Assembly: GCA_964437445.1 (NCBI GenBank)
Contig: CAYTGR010000014.1
Location: 3,812 to 67,811 of the forward strand
Length of the DNA stretch: 64,000 nt
Source of the DNA: an uncultured Anaerolineales bacterium
GTDB lineage: Bacteria > Chloroflexota > Anaerolineae > B4-G1 > SLSP01
Direction: 5' to 3'
Below, piece by piece: positions 8,916 through 18,534 of this stretch. The notes under the pieces were generated by a model, which was given only the letters and a program-made list of their open reading frames with translations, made no database searches and was not told the DNA's origin. Numbering within the stretch: the first letter of the stretch is position 1; each line of letters opens with the position of its first letter. Position numbers and translations under genes: made by a program.

Positions 8916-10559
8916 ATGGCAAAGCAACTGGTTTTCGGTAGCGATGCACGCGCTGCTTTGAAGCGTGGTATGGACATTTTGGCCCAGGCCGTCGTCACGA
9001 CCCTCGGCCCCAAGGGGCGCAACGTGGCGCTGGATAAGAAATGGGGCGCCCCCACCATCACCCACGACGGTGTGACCGTCGCCAAAGAGATTGAACTGCA
9101 AGACCCCTTTGAGAACATGGGCGCGCAGCTGCTCAAGGAAGCCGCCACCAAGACGAACGACATCGCCGGTGACGGAACCACCACCGCGACCCTGCTGGCG
9201 CACGTCCTGATTGAAGAGGGTATGAAGAACGTCGCCGCCGGCGCCAACCCGATGCTGCTGAAGAAAGGCATCCTGGCAGCCGCCGAGGCCGTCGCCGCGG
9301 CCCTCAAGGAAGCGGCCGTGGAAGTGACCACCCGTGAAGACATCGCCAACGTCGCCGCCATCTCCGCCCAGGACCGCGAAATCGGTGAGCTCATCGCCGA
9401 GGTCATGGAGAAAGTCGGCAAGGACGGCGTCGTGACCGTGGAAGAGTCCAAGGGTCTGGCCTTTGAGACCGAATACGTTGAGGGTATGCAATTTGATCGC
9501 GGCTACATCAGCGCCTACTTCATGACCAACTCCGACACGATGGAAGCCGTCATTGAGGAACCCTACATCCTCATCTACGACAAGAAGATCTCCGCCGCGC
9601 AAGACCTGGTGCCCATCCTGGAAAAGATGATGCAGCGCGGTTCCCGCAACCTGGTCATCATTGCCGAGGATGTGGACGGTGAAGCGCTGGCGACCCTCGT
9701 CGTCAACAAGCTGCGCGGCCTGCTGAACTGCGTCGCCATCAAGGCCCCCGGCTTCGGGGATCGCCGCAAGGCCATGCTGCAAGACATCGCCATCCTGACC
9801 GGTGGTCACGTCATCACCGAAGAGGAAGGCCGCAAACTGGAAAGCGCCACCTTAGAAGACCTGGGCCGCGCCGACAAGGTCATCGCCAGCAAGGACGAGA
9901 CCACCATCGTCAACGGCCACGGTGACGAGGCCATGATCAAGGCCCGCATTGACCAGATCAAGAAGGAAATTGAGGTCTCCACCTCCGATTACGACAAGGA
10001 GAAGCTGCAGGAGCGCATGGCCAAGCTGGTCGGCGGTGTGGCTATCATCCGCGTCGGTGCGGCGACCGAGACCGAGCTCAAGGAAAAGAAGCATCGCGTG
10101 GAAGACGCCCTGAGCGCCACCCGCGCGGCCGTGGAAGAGGGCATCGTCCCCGGCGGTGGGGTCGCGCTGATCAACGCTATCGCCGCCCTGGACTCCGTCC
10201 ACATGGACTACCCCGATGAGCAGACCGGTGTCACCATCCTGCGCAAGGCGCTGGAGATGCCGATCCGCCGCATCGCCGAGAACGCCGGCATGGACGGCGC
10301 GGTCATCCTCGCCGAGACCCGCCGCAAGCAGGCCGAGCAGGGCGACACCCACATTGGTTACGACGTGATCACCGGCGAGTACGTGGATATGCTGAAAGCC
10401 GGCATCATTGATCCGGCCAAGGTGACCCGGGGCGCGCTGCTCAACGCCGCTTCCGTCGCCGCGATGGTGCTGAGCACCGAGGCGCTCATCACCGACATCC
10501 CGGAGAAGGAAAAGCCGATGCCCGGTGGCCCCGGTGGCGGCGGCGGGATGGACTTCTAA
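8916..10559 (+). CDS. groEL: Chaperonin GroEL
   Basis: 547 aa with [15 protein letters not shown]…, the AGDGTTTAT motif and a C-terminal GGM-type tail. Confidence 0.97.
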   Translation: MAKQLVFGSDARAALKRGMDILAQAVVTTLGPKGRNVALDKKWGAPTITHDGVTVAKEIELQDPFENMGAQLLKEAATKTNDIAGDGTTTATLLAHVLIEEGMKNVAAGANPMLLKKGILAAAEAVAAALKEAAVEVTTREDIANVAAISAQDREIGELIAEVMEKVGKDGVVTVEESKGLAFETEYVEGMQFDRGYISAYFMTNSDTMEAVIEEPYILIYDKKISAAQDLVPILEKMMQRGSRNLVIIAEDVDGEALATLVVNKLRGLLNCVAIKAPGFGDRRKAMLQDIAILTGGHVITEEEGRKLESATLEDLGRADKVIASKDETTIVNGHGDEAMIKARIDQIKKEIEVSTSDYDKEKLQERMAKLVGGVAIIRVGAATETELKEKKHRVEDALSATRAAVEEGIVPGGGVALINAIAALDSVHMDYPDEQTGVTILRKALEMPIRRIAENAGMDGAVILAETRRKQAEQGDTHIGYDVITGEYVDMLKAGIIDPAKVTRGALLNAASVAAMVLSTEALITDIPEKEKPMPGGPGGGGGMDF

Positions 10560-10635
10560 GTCCTGACCTCCCCTGATCAGTCTACAGACCAGCCCTTGCT
10601 CGTGCGAGCAAGGGCTGGTTAGTTTGACCCCTGAC

Positions 10636-10676
10636 ACAGACCACTCTTTTTAACTGCCGGTGGTCCGTGGTTTCCT
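10636..10676. repeat. REP-like element, copy 3 (CACAGACCAC…GGTGGTCCGTGG)
   Basis: Read from the sequence; lies between the convergent groEL and feoC genes. Confidence 0.6.
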
Positions 10677-10710
10677 GTGAACGCCGTCTTAACCGCGCTG
10701 ACGCGCGTCC

Positions 10711-10977
10711 CTACAAACCTTTTTCGGCGGCCAGCGCCCGCTGACCGCGCTCCGTCAAAGTCCAGACCCGTGCCGTAGAGAAGAGTTGGCAGCCGGCCGC
10801 CACCGCGCAGCTGGCGCAACTCTCGGCGCAAGGCGTCACCGGGCGCAAATAGCCCTGCTGCTCCAGCTGGATCAACATCTGCTGCACCAGCGCCTCGGGC
10901 AGAGCCAGGGTTTGCGCCAGCGCCGGCACCGTTTGCAGCCCTCCGGCGCCCACCAGTCTCAACAGCTGCTGTAACAT
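10711..10977 (-). CDS. feoC: FeoC-like winged-helix protein
   Basis: ~89 aa after trimming to the Met of MLQQLLRLVG…; it starts 3 nt after the feoB stop. The Cys cluster (CAESCASCAVAAGC) plus a wHTH is typical of FeoC. Confidence 0.5.
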   Translation of the reverse strand: MLQQLLRLVGAGGLQTVPALAQTLALPEALVQQMLIQLEQQGYLRPVTPCAESCASCAVAAGCQLFSTARVWTLTERGQRALAAEKGL

Positions 10978-10979
10978 CG

Positions 10980-13280
10980 CTATCCCCCTCCCCACAGCAA
11001 GCCCACCTGGTAAACCCCCATCCCGACCCCCAGCGAGAGCGCCAGGAAAAAGAGCAGGCTCCCCAACGTCCACCCCCAGGAGCGCGTCTCCTGCCGGATC
11101 GTCGCCACGGTGCCAATGCAGGGAATAAAGAGCAACTGCACCACCAGGAAAGCCAGGGCCGCCAGGGGGGTTAACACCGTCGGCAACACGGTCTCCACAT
11201 CCCCATAGAGCACGCCTAACGTGGCAATGGTGTTCTCCTTCGCCACAAAACTGGTCAGCAACGCCACCAGCACCGGCCAGGGCAATCCCAGCCAGCGTCC
11301 TACCGGCTCCAAAGCGTGCCCTACCTGCGCCAGATAGCTCTCCGTCACCTCACCGCTGGGGAAGAACGAGAGCGCCCAGATCAACAGCGAGGCCACTAAG
11401 ATCACCGTCCCGGCCTTCTGCAAAAAAGCCACCACGTTCTTCCAGATGTAAAGCCCGATGGTTCTGAGGTTAGGCAGATGGTAAAGCGGCAATTCCATCA
11501 CAAACGCCACCACCTCGCCCTTGAAGAAAAACCGGTTGAGCAGGAACCCCAACCCCGAAAGCAGGCCCAGGTTGAGCGCCACCAATCCCCAGGTGACCCA
11601 GCCGGCTGCCCGGCCAAAGAAGAGCGGCGCCAGCACCGCCACCACCGCCATCCGCGCCGCACAAGGGATGAAAGGGGCCAGCAAAATCGTCAGCAGCCGC
11701 GCCCGCCGGGATTCAATGATCCGCGCCCCCAAGACCGCCGGCACATTGCAGCCGAACCCCAACAACAGCGGCAGGAAGCTTTTGCCGTGCAACCCCATCA
11801 GATGCATCCAGCGGTCGGTCAGGTAGGCCGCGCGGGCCAGGTAGCCGGTATCCTCCAGAAAAGCCAGCGCCGCAAAGAAAATCACCAAGATCGGCAGGAA
11901 GGTCAACACCAGCCCCACGCCCCCCAACAGCCCGTCGGCCACCAGGTCCACCAGCCAGACCGGTGCGCCGGCCAGCTGCCCACGCAGCGAGGCCGCCAGC
12001 GCCTCCACCAGCCCGCCCAGCCAGCTCTGAAGCGGCCCACCCACGGTATAGGTCAGCCAGAAGACCACCCCCAGCACCCCGATCAGCGCCGCCAGCCCCC
12101 AGAACGGATGGGTCAGCACGTGATCCAGGCGCGCGGTCAGCCCCACTCGCCCCACCCGGGGCCGGACAACCGCCGCGCGCACCATGCGGGCGATCCACTC
12201 ATAACGGGCGCCGGCAATGTCTAAAATGGCATCTTCATGCTGATAGAGCAGGGCGTGGACTTTCTCCCAGCGTTCCGGCGGGAGAGCGGCTTGCAGCAGC
12301 CCGGTCAGTTCCTCATCCCCCTCCAGCAGCTTGAGGGCTACCCAATCGGCCGGATAGGGTTCGGGCACGTCGTCGGCAATCAGCGTCAACAGCTCGGCCA
12401 GCACCAGCTGATGGGCCGGCAGGATGGTAGGGCGGCGCGGTTCGTAGGTGACTTCGCCCCGCAACAAGCGCCCCAACATCTCCACCAGCTCCTGCACGCC
12501 CTGATTGCGCGTGGCCGCCATCGGCACCACCGGAATGCCCAGCGCCGCCGACAGCACATGCGGTTCCACCTGGATCCCCTCCTGCTCAGCCACATCCATC
12601 ATATTGAGCGCCAGCACCACCGGCGCCGGTAACAACAACAATTCGGCCACCAGGTAGAGATTGCGTTCCAACGTCGCGGCATCCACCACTGCCACCACAA
12701 TGTCAGGCCGCTCACGCAGGATAAAATCCCGGGCGATGCGTTCCTCTTCGGAATTAGCCGTGAGGCTATAGGTGCCGGGCAGATCTACCAATCGGAAGGC
12801 CGTCCCGCCAACGGCAAACTGGCCCTCCTTCCGTTCCACGGTTTTCCCGGGCCAATTGCCCACATGCTGATTGAGACCGGTCAGCAGATTGAACACCGTA
12901 GACTTGCCCACATTCGGCTGCCCGGCCAGGGCCACCGTCACGGAACGCACGACCGGCTCAGTGGCACAGGTCTCCGTTTCGACCAAAGTCACCTGGATAT
13001 GCGCCGCTTCGCCCCGGCCGAGGGCCACCTGGGTTCCCCGCAGGGAGACGATCAGCGGACCGTGGCTATCATTGCGCGTCACGCAAACCAGCGCTCCCGG
13101 GGTAAAACCGAGGGCAGCCAGACGCGAAATAAAAAAACGATGGCCGTCCAGGTGACGCACCAGGCCACTCTGCCCCGGCTCTAAACTGAGTAACGAAACT
13201 ATCCCACCGCCAGGAGCCGGCGCAGTTCTCAAAGCCCTCCTGGAAGAAAAGATATGATCGTGAATATGACGATCTCTCAC
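10980..13280 (-). CDS. feoB: Ferrous iron transporter, FeoA–FeoB fusion
   Basis: The N-terminal SH3-like FeoA segment is followed by a G-protein domain (GQPNVGKSTVFN, DLPG) and the polytopic FeoB membrane domain. The start codon is uncertain: a GTG at 13280, or a downstream TTG. Confidence 0.85.
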   Translation of the reverse strand: MRDRHIHDHIFSSRRALRTAPAPGGGIVSLLSLEPGQSGLVRHLDGHRFFISRLAALGFTPGALVCVTRNDSHGPLIVSLRGTQVALGRGEAAHIQVTLVETETCATEPVVRSVTVALAGQPNVGKSTVFNLLTGLNQHVGNWPGKTVERKEGQFAVGGTAFRLVDLPGTYSLTANSEEERIARDFILRERPDIVVAVVDAATLERNLYLVAELLLLPAPVVLALNMMDVAEQEGIQVEPHVLSAALGIPVVPMAATRNQGVQELVEMLGRLLRGEVTYEPRRPTILPAHQLVLAELLTLIADDVPEPYPADWVALKLLEGDEELTGLLQAALPPERWEKVHALLYQHEDAILDIAGARYEWIARMVRAAVVRPRVGRVGLTARLDHVLTHPFWGLAALIGVLGVVFWLTYTVGGPLQSWLGGLVEALAASLRGQLAGAPVWLVDLVADGLLGGVGLVLTFLPILVIFFAALAFLEDTGYLARAAYLTDRWMHLMGLHGKSFLPLLLGFGCNVPAVLGARIIESRRARLLTILLAPFIPCAARMAVVAVLAPLFFGRAAGWVTWGLVALNLGLLSGLGFLLNRFFFKGEVVAFVMELPLYHLPNLRTIGLYIWKNVVAFLQKAGTVILVASLLIWALSFFPSGEVTESYLAQVGHALEPVGRWLGLPWPVLVALLTSFVAKENTIATLGVLYGDVETVLPTVLTPLAALAFLVVQLLFIPCIGTVATIRQETRSWGWTLGSLLFFLALSLGVGMGVYQVGLLWGGG

Positions 13281-13296
13281 TTTTCCTTAACCCTCC

Positions 13297-13944
13297 TCAT
13301 ATAAATTCAGAAGTAACCCAAACTACCTGGGCCAGCGCTCCCTCCAACGTCAACGGAACGCCTTCCCGCGCCACCGTCAACGTCCCCTCGGCGCGTCCGA
13401 TCAGCTGCAAATTGACGCCGGGAGTGATCCCTATGGCCTGCAACCGCCGTAACAGGTCCGGCAATTCGGGGCTGATGCAGGAGACCAGCAGGGGGGTGCC
13501 CAGCGGCGACTCGCTCAACCGCACGCCGCGCGTCGTCGCCGTCTGCGGCGGGATCGGGGCCCCGTGCGGACAGCGGTCCGGCTCCCCCAGCAGCTGCGCC
13601 AGCCGTTCCGTGACCAGCTGAGGAGCCGCGTGCTCCAACGCGCCGGCGATTTCGTGCGCCTCGTCCCACGGCACGCCCAGCAAGTCGGTCAAAAAGCGCT
13701 CCCACAGGCGATGGCGGCGCACCAGCGCTTCGGCCATTGCCCGCCCGGCCTCCGTCAACATCACGCCGCGGTAGGGCTGATAAATCACCAACGCGCGCTC
13801 GGCCAGCTTCCGCACCATCTCGTGGATAGAAATGGGGGAAAAGCCAAAGTACTCCTGCAACCGCGCCAGCGGGACCGGCACATCCGCCCCTTCCCACAGC
13901 CGGTAGATAGCACCCAAATAATCTTCAACACTTTCGTGGCTCAC
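13297..13944 (-). CDS. DtxR/MntR-family metal-dependent repressor with C-terminal FeoA-like domain
   Basis: N-terminal DtxR HTH (VEDYLGAIYRL…ARLQEYFGFSPISIHEMVRKLAERAL) and a metal-binding/dimerisation region. The C-terminal SH3-like FeoA fold appears as ITPGVNLQLIGRAEG. It lies directly upstream of feoAB. Confidence 0.8.
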   Translation of the reverse strand: MSHESVEDYLGAIYRLWEGADVPVPLARLQEYFGFSPISIHEMVRKLAERALVIYQPYRGVMLTEAGRAMAEALVRRHRLWERFLTDLLGVPWDEAHEIAGALEHAAPQLVTERLAQLLGEPDRCPHGAPIPPQTATTRGVRLSESPLGTPLLVSCISPELPDLLRRLQAIGITPGVNLQLIGRAEGTLTVAREGVPLTLEGALAQVVWVTSEFI

Positions 13945-14099
13945 CAGACTGCTCCGGACCGCTCTTAATGATAAGGTATACCTTATAATTGATTATAATT
14001 GGGTTAAAGAATATGTCAATAGCCCGGCCCGGACCTGCCGGAACTATCGTCGCCGTTGTAACGTCTAAGTTGAATATCCACTCACCAGGAGGCACGCCT

Positions 14100-14546
14100 G
14101 TGAACGCAAGAATTACCGGTATCGTATGGGTCATCCTTTTGTTGGCCGGATTGCTGAGCGCCTGCACCATGACGCCAACGCCCTCTCAATCGCCGGTCTC
14201 CCCGCCCCCCACCACCGGCAACGTGCTGCGCGGTCTGGCAGCGGTAGAGCGCGTGGATCTGATGCAGCTGGAAAGCTTCCCGGTCCAGGTTCACGCCCGA
14301 ATCCAGGGCGAGCTGAGCGATAGCTGCACGCAGCTGGGCCCCATTACCCAAACGCGCGAAGGGGGCACTATCACCGTGGTGGTGCCCACCGTGCGCCCGG
14401 CCGACGCCGTCTGCACCACCATCGTCGGCGAGTTTGACCAAACGGTCCCCCTGGAGGTCAACGGCCTGCCGGCCGGCGAATACACCGTGGACGTCAATGG
14501 CGTGCGCGCCACCTTCACGTTGACACGGGATAACCGACTGCCCTGA
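14100..14546 (+). CDS. Hypothetical secreted lipoprotein
   Basis: ORF trimmed to the GTG preceding the signal peptide ITGIVWVILLLAGLLSAC (lipobox LSAC), followed by a Pro/Thr-rich linker. No recognisable domain. Confidence 0.35.
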   Translation: MNARITGIVWVILLLAGLLSACTMTPTPSQSPVSPPPTTGNVLRGLAAVERVDLMQLESFPVQVHARIQGELSDSCTQLGPITQTREGGTITVVVPTVRPADAVCTTIVGEFDQTVPLEVNGLPAGEYTVDVNGVRATFTLTRDNRLP

Positions 14547-14576
14547 ACCGCTGTCAAAGGAAAAAGTTAAAAAACC

Positions 14577-14605
14577 TTGACGCAAATTATCTCCTGTGTT
14601 ATAAT
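14577..14605 (+). promoter_or_regulatory. sigma70-type promoter (TTGACG-N17-TATAAT, extended -10 TGTTATAAT)
   Basis: Read directly; 35 nt upstream of the yceD-like start. Confidence 0.55.
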
Positions 14606-14640
14606 GATCAATGTTAGTAGCCCGTTGGAGGGGCTTACTC

Positions 14641-15150
14641 ATGATCCGAATTGATCTGAGTGGACTGGTCAACGCCAAAGCCGGGCATCGCGAAGGGATA
14701 GCACTGGATTTAGGCGATTTGATCCTGGATGACCTGCATCTGGGGTATCTGAAGGGCGAAATTCGGTTCACTCGCCTGGCTAATGGCATCCTGGTAGAAG
14801 GTGTGCTGGATGCCGAAGCCGAGACAGAATGCACGCGCTGTTTGACCTCTTTTTTTGAACCGGTTACAATTGAGTTAGAGGATGTCATCAGTCTTCCCGG
14901 TGCGGATCTGACCCCTGAACGTCCGGTCCGAGTCACCGAAGACGGTTGGGCCGATCTCTCCCCCTTGATCCGCGAATATGCCTGGCTGGAGCTGCCCATG
15001 AACCCGCTCTGCTCCCCGGATTGCCAGGGGCTTTGCGTCCGCTGTGGCGGCAATTTGAATCGCGGAGAATGCACTTGCGACACGGCTGCCCCGATAGACC
15101 CGCGCTGGGAGACATTACGCCCTCTGCTGGGGCAAACCGACCGTCCCTAA
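14641..15150 (+). CDS. YceD/DUF177 family protein
   Basis: ORF trimmed to the MIRIDLSGL Met. A C-terminal Cys cluster ([23 protein letters not shown]) is typical of DUF177. Confidence 0.65.
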   Translation: MIRIDLSGLVNAKAGHREGIALDLGDLILDDLHLGYLKGEIRFTRLANGILVEGVLDAEAETECTRCLTSFFEPVTIELEDVISLPGADLTPERPVRVTEDGWADLSPLIREYAWLELPMNPLCSPDCQGLCVRCGGNLNRGECTCDTAAPIDPRWETLRPLLGQTDRP

Positions 15151-15188
15151 ACCCAAGCCGGCCTGTTGCCATTGAAGGAGGCCGAAGT

Positions 15189-16349
15189 ATGAATATCGTG
15201 AATGAGCTGTTGGAAAAAGCAGAAATTCAGGGCTATTTGACGATTGAAGATGTGTTGGAAGCATTGGAAGGCGTAGAAGAGGACGAAATTATAGAGGAAC
15301 TACTGGTAGACCTGCGGCGGGAAGGGGTGGAAATTGACGCGGCCGGGATAAAGGATGACGAAGAAGAAACTCCTCTCCCGGAAGATCTGGAAGCGGTGGA
15401 TGAAACCTGGGACGAAGAAGCTTACAACCTGGATGGGATCGGCGTGGACGACACGCTGGCTCTCTATTTACGGGAGATGTCTCGCGTTCCTCTACTGACC
15501 ACCGAAGAAGAGGTCGTGCTGGCCAAACGGATTGAGGCCGGGCGCGCCGCGGAGAAAACTTTACGCAACAACGGGCACGACCAGGAAGAACGCGGGCGGC
15601 TACAGACGACCATTGAACAGGGGCGCGATTCGCGCGACCACCTGATCCGCGCCAACACCCGGCTTGTGGTCAGCATTGCCAAGAAGTACATCGGCCGCGG
15701 TGTCCCGTTCCAGGATTTGATCCAGGAGGGGAACCTGGGGCTGATGAAAGCCGTGGAGAAGTTTGAGTACCAGCGCGGCTACCGCTTCAGCACCTATGCG
15801 ACCTGGTGGATCCGGCAGACGATCACCCGCTCCATCGCCGATCAGGGGCGGACCATCCGCGTGCCGGTGCACATGACCGACCGCATCCGCCGGCTCTACC
15901 GCCGGGTACAGGAGATTGAGCAGGAGCGCGGCTACCGCCCTTCGCCGGAAGAGCTGGCCGAGGAGCTCAACTTAGAGCCGCGCAAGGTCCAGTGGATGAT
16001 GCGCGTCTCGTGGCAGCCGCTCAGCCTGGAACATCCGGTCCGTGAGGACGACGAGGACAGCGAGCTGAGCAATTTCATTGAGGATGACCACACGCCGACG
16101 CCGCCCGACACGTTGTACCATGCCATGCTGCGCGAGAAAATTGAGGAGATCCTGACGACGCTCAGCCCGCGCGAGGTCCGCATCCTCCGGATGCGTTTCG
16201 GCCTGCAAAACGGGCGCAGCTACACGTTAGAGGAAGTGGGCCAAAAGTTCGGCCTCACCCGCGAGCGGATCCGTCAGATTGAAGGGCAGGCGCTGCGGCG
16301 CCTCCGCCATCCCAGCCGCAGCCGCGAGCTGCGCGAGTATCTGCAATGA
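15189..16349 (+). CDS. rpoD: Primary RNA polymerase sigma factor (SigA/RpoD)
   Basis: Start at [16 protein letters not shown] with a GGAGG RBS at 15176-15180. The acidic region 1.1, regions 2-4 (e.g. [17 protein letters not shown]) and a C-terminal HTH are all present. Confidence 0.9.
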   Translation: MNIVNELLEKAEIQGYLTIEDVLEALEGVEEDEIIEELLVDLRREGVEIDAAGIKDDEEETPLPEDLEAVDETWDEEAYNLDGIGVDDTLALYLREMSRVPLLTTEEEVVLAKRIEAGRAAEKTLRNNGHDQEERGRLQTTIEQGRDSRDHLIRANTRLVVSIAKKYIGRGVPFQDLIQEGNLGLMKAVEKFEYQRGYRFSTYATWWIRQTITRSIADQGRTIRVPVHMTDRIRRLYRRVQEIEQERGYRPSPEELAEELNLEPRKVQWMMRVSWQPLSLEHPVREDDEDSELSNFIEDDHTPTPPDTLYHAMLREKIEEILTTLSPREVRILRMRFGLQNGRSYTLEEVGQKFGLTRERIRQIEGQALRRLRHPSRSRELREYLQ

Positions 16350-16450
16350 ACCAGGGTTGGATTGACACCATGCTGATGTCGGGCGCGCCGGGGCGCTGGG
16401 GGAGTGAGGCCCCCTGAGCGCCCGGCCCGTCGTGAACGGGAACGGACCCA

Positions 16451-16477
16451 CCCGCCAGCCTCACTGGCGGGTTTTTA
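16451..16477 (+). terminator. Rho-independent terminator after rpoD
   Basis: CCCGCCAG-loop-CTGGCGGG followed by TTTTT. Confidence 0.6.
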
Positions 16478-16561
16478 TTGCCCGCCGACCGGCTTTTTTG
16501 AGATGAATTCATCACGACCCTGCAATTCACCAGGAGGGGATGAAAATTGGCTTGTAGCAAC

Positions 16562-16595
16562 GCGCTTGAGCGCCGCTCAGACGGCGCTCAAGCGC
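16562..16595 (+). promoter_or_regulatory. 14-bp perfect inverted repeat (GCGCTTGAGCGCCG-ctcaga-CGGCGCTCAAGCGC) in the metG leader
   Basis: Read from the sequence, 42 nt upstream of the metG ATG. Confidence 0.5.
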
Positions 16596-16637
16596 CTGAC
16601 CACTAACTCGGAGCGTTATTTTTATTAGGAGGCAATC

Positions 16638-18404
16638 ATGAGCAAGAAAATTTTAGTCGCCGTGGCCTGGCCTTATGCTAATGGGGATTTGCACGTGGGG
16701 CACCTGGCGGGTGCTTATCTGCCCGCTGACATCTTCGCCCGCTATCATCGCCTGGCGGGCAACGAGGTGCTGATGGTTTCCGGCTCCGATTCTCACGGGA
16801 CGCCGATCACCGTCCGCGCCGAGAAGGAGGGAATCAGCCCGCGCGAGGTCTTTGAGCGCTACCACCGCCGCTTTCTGGAGACGCAGCGCGCCATCGGTAT
16901 CTCCTACGACCTCTACACGCACACCGACACCCCCAACCATCATCAAGTCTCCCAGGACCTCTTCTTGCAGCTGTTGAAAAACGGCTACCTCTACACGGAA
17001 CGCCAGCAACAGTTTTATTCGGAGACGCTCCAACGCTTCCTGCCCGACCGCTACGTGGAGGGGACCTGCCCGCACTGTGGGTACCCAGAGGCCCGCGGCG
17101 ATCAGTGTGACAACTGCGGGCGGCTTCTGGATGCGCTGGAGCTCGGCAACCCGCGCTGCAAGATTGACGGCTCCGTCCCGGTGATTCGGGAAACGGAGCA
17201 CTTCTTCCTGGATTTAGCCCGGTTGGAGCCGCAGGTGCTCGCTTACCTGAGTGAGGGCAAAGACCACTGGCGTCCCAACGTCATCAAATTCTCGCGCAAC
17301 TACGTCCAGGGGGGACTGCGCGGGCGGCCAATCACCCGCGACCTGGAATGGGGCATCCCGTTGCCGTTGCCGGGCTATCCGGGCAAGCGACTTTACGTCT
17401 GGTTTGAGGCCGTCATCGGTTATCTCTCCGCCAGCATTGAGTGGGCCAAACACTCCGGCAACGCCGAAGCCTGGAAGGCCTGGTGGTATGACCCGGCCGC
17501 GCTGACCTACTACTTCATCGGCAAGGACAACATCCCCTTCCATGCCGTGATCTGGCCGGCCGAGCTGCTGGGGGCCGGCCAGCTCTACGAGTCCGATCCT
17601 ACCCGGCGCTTCAACCTGCCCTACGACGTCCCCGCCAACGAATTCATGAATATTGAAGGGGCGCAGGCCTCCAAAAGCCGCAACTGGGCGATCTGGATCC
17701 CCGACCTCCTGAGCCGCTATACCCCAGACGCCATCCGTTTCTACCTGGCGACGGCCATGCCGGAGACCAACGACAGTGATTTTTCGTGGACCGAATTCGT
17801 CCAACGGAACAACAACGAGCTGGTGGCCACCTGGGGCAACCTGGCACACCGCGTACTCTCGTTCACCTACAAGCACTTCGGCGCTGTGCCGGAGCCAGGG
17901 ACGTTAGACCTCACCGACCAGGCCTTGCTGGCGCAGGCCACGGCGGCCTTTGAAACGGTGGGCGCAAAACTGGCGGCGGCGCAGTTCCGCGCCGCGCTCG
18001 CCGACGCGCTCGCCCTGGCCCGCGAGACCAACCGTTACCTGGATGTAAAAGCACCCTGGTTCCAGATCAAAACCGACCGGGCGGCCGCCGGGACCAGCCT
18101 CTACGTTGCGCTGCGGGTCATCGACTCGCTCAAAGTGTTGTTAGCGCCCTTCCTGCCCTTCTCGGCGGAACAATTGCACCGGTCACTGGGTTACCCGGCG
18201 CCGCTCTTCGGCACCCAGGTGATTGAAGAAGTCACCGATGGAGCCGCCACCTACCCCGTCCTGCGGTACGACGCCGGCACCGCCACCGGCCGCTGGGAGC
18301 CGAGCCAGTTGCCGGTCGGCCAGACGCTGCAAAAACCGGAGCCGCTCTTCGTCAAGCTGGACGAAGCGATCGCGGCAGAGGAGTTCGCCCGCCTCGGCAC
18401 GTAA
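16638..18404 (+). CDS. metG: Methionyl-tRNA synthetase
   Basis: A HVGH motif (PYANGDLHVGH), a zinc knuckle (CPHCGY…CDNCG) and KSRNW in the KMSKS region. Confidence 0.95.
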   Translation: MSKKILVAVAWPYANGDLHVGHLAGAYLPADIFARYHRLAGNEVLMVSGSDSHGTPITVRAEKEGISPREVFERYHRRFLETQRAIGISYDLYTHTDTPNHHQVSQDLFLQLLKNGYLYTERQQQFYSETLQRFLPDRYVEGTCPHCGYPEARGDQCDNCGRLLDALELGNPRCKIDGSVPVIRETEHFFLDLARLEPQVLAYLSEGKDHWRPNVIKFSRNYVQGGLRGRPITRDLEWGIPLPLPGYPGKRLYVWFEAVIGYLSASIEWAKHSGNAEAWKAWWYDPAALTYYFIGKDNIPFHAVIWPAELLGAGQLYESDPTRRFNLPYDVPANEFMNIEGAQASKSRNWAIWIPDLLSRYTPDAIRFYLATAMPETNDSDFSWTEFVQRNNNELVATWGNLAHRVLSFTYKHFGAVPEPGTLDLTDQALLAQATAAFETVGAKLAAAQFRAALADALALARETNRYLDVKAPWFQIKTDRAAAGTSLYVALRVIDSLKVLLAPFLPFSAEQLHRSLGYPAPLFGTQVIEEVTDGAATYPVLRYDAGTATGRWEPSQLPVGQTLQKPEPLFVKLDEAIAAEEFARLGT

Positions 18405-18429
18405 CGCGGTCACCTCAGTGACGTCAAAC

Positions 18430-18462
18430 GTGACCCGCGAGCAACCGCACGGGTCACGTTTT
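18430..18462 (+). terminator. Rho-independent terminator after metG
   Basis: GTGACCCG-N12-CGGGTCAC followed by GTTTT. Confidence 0.6.
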
Positions 18463-18483
18463 ACGTTTTGCGTTTTACGTTTT
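18456..18483. repeat. Heptamer tandem repeat (ACGTTTT/GCGTTTT) x4, reverse-complement of the 8333 family; abuts a TATAAT box at 18483-18488
   Basis: Read from the sequence. Confidence 0.8.
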
Positions 18484-18534
18484 ATAATGGCGGGCGGGGT
18501 TGCGCCCCACACCTGGAACCTTAGGGAGCATGGC

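Noticed and set aside
11478-12224. 248-aa plus-strand ORF rich in His/Gln/Arg/Pro
   Set aside because: Antisense to the feoB membrane domain; low-complexity composition.
14082-15083. 333-aa minus-strand ORF
   Set aside because: It overlaps the lipoprotein and yceD-like genes on the plus strand, both of which have promoter and RBS support.
16440-16637. Possible T-box riboswitch in the metG leader
   Set aside because: No T-box consensus (AGGGTGGNACCGCG) or specifier-loop architecture was found, only generic hairpins.
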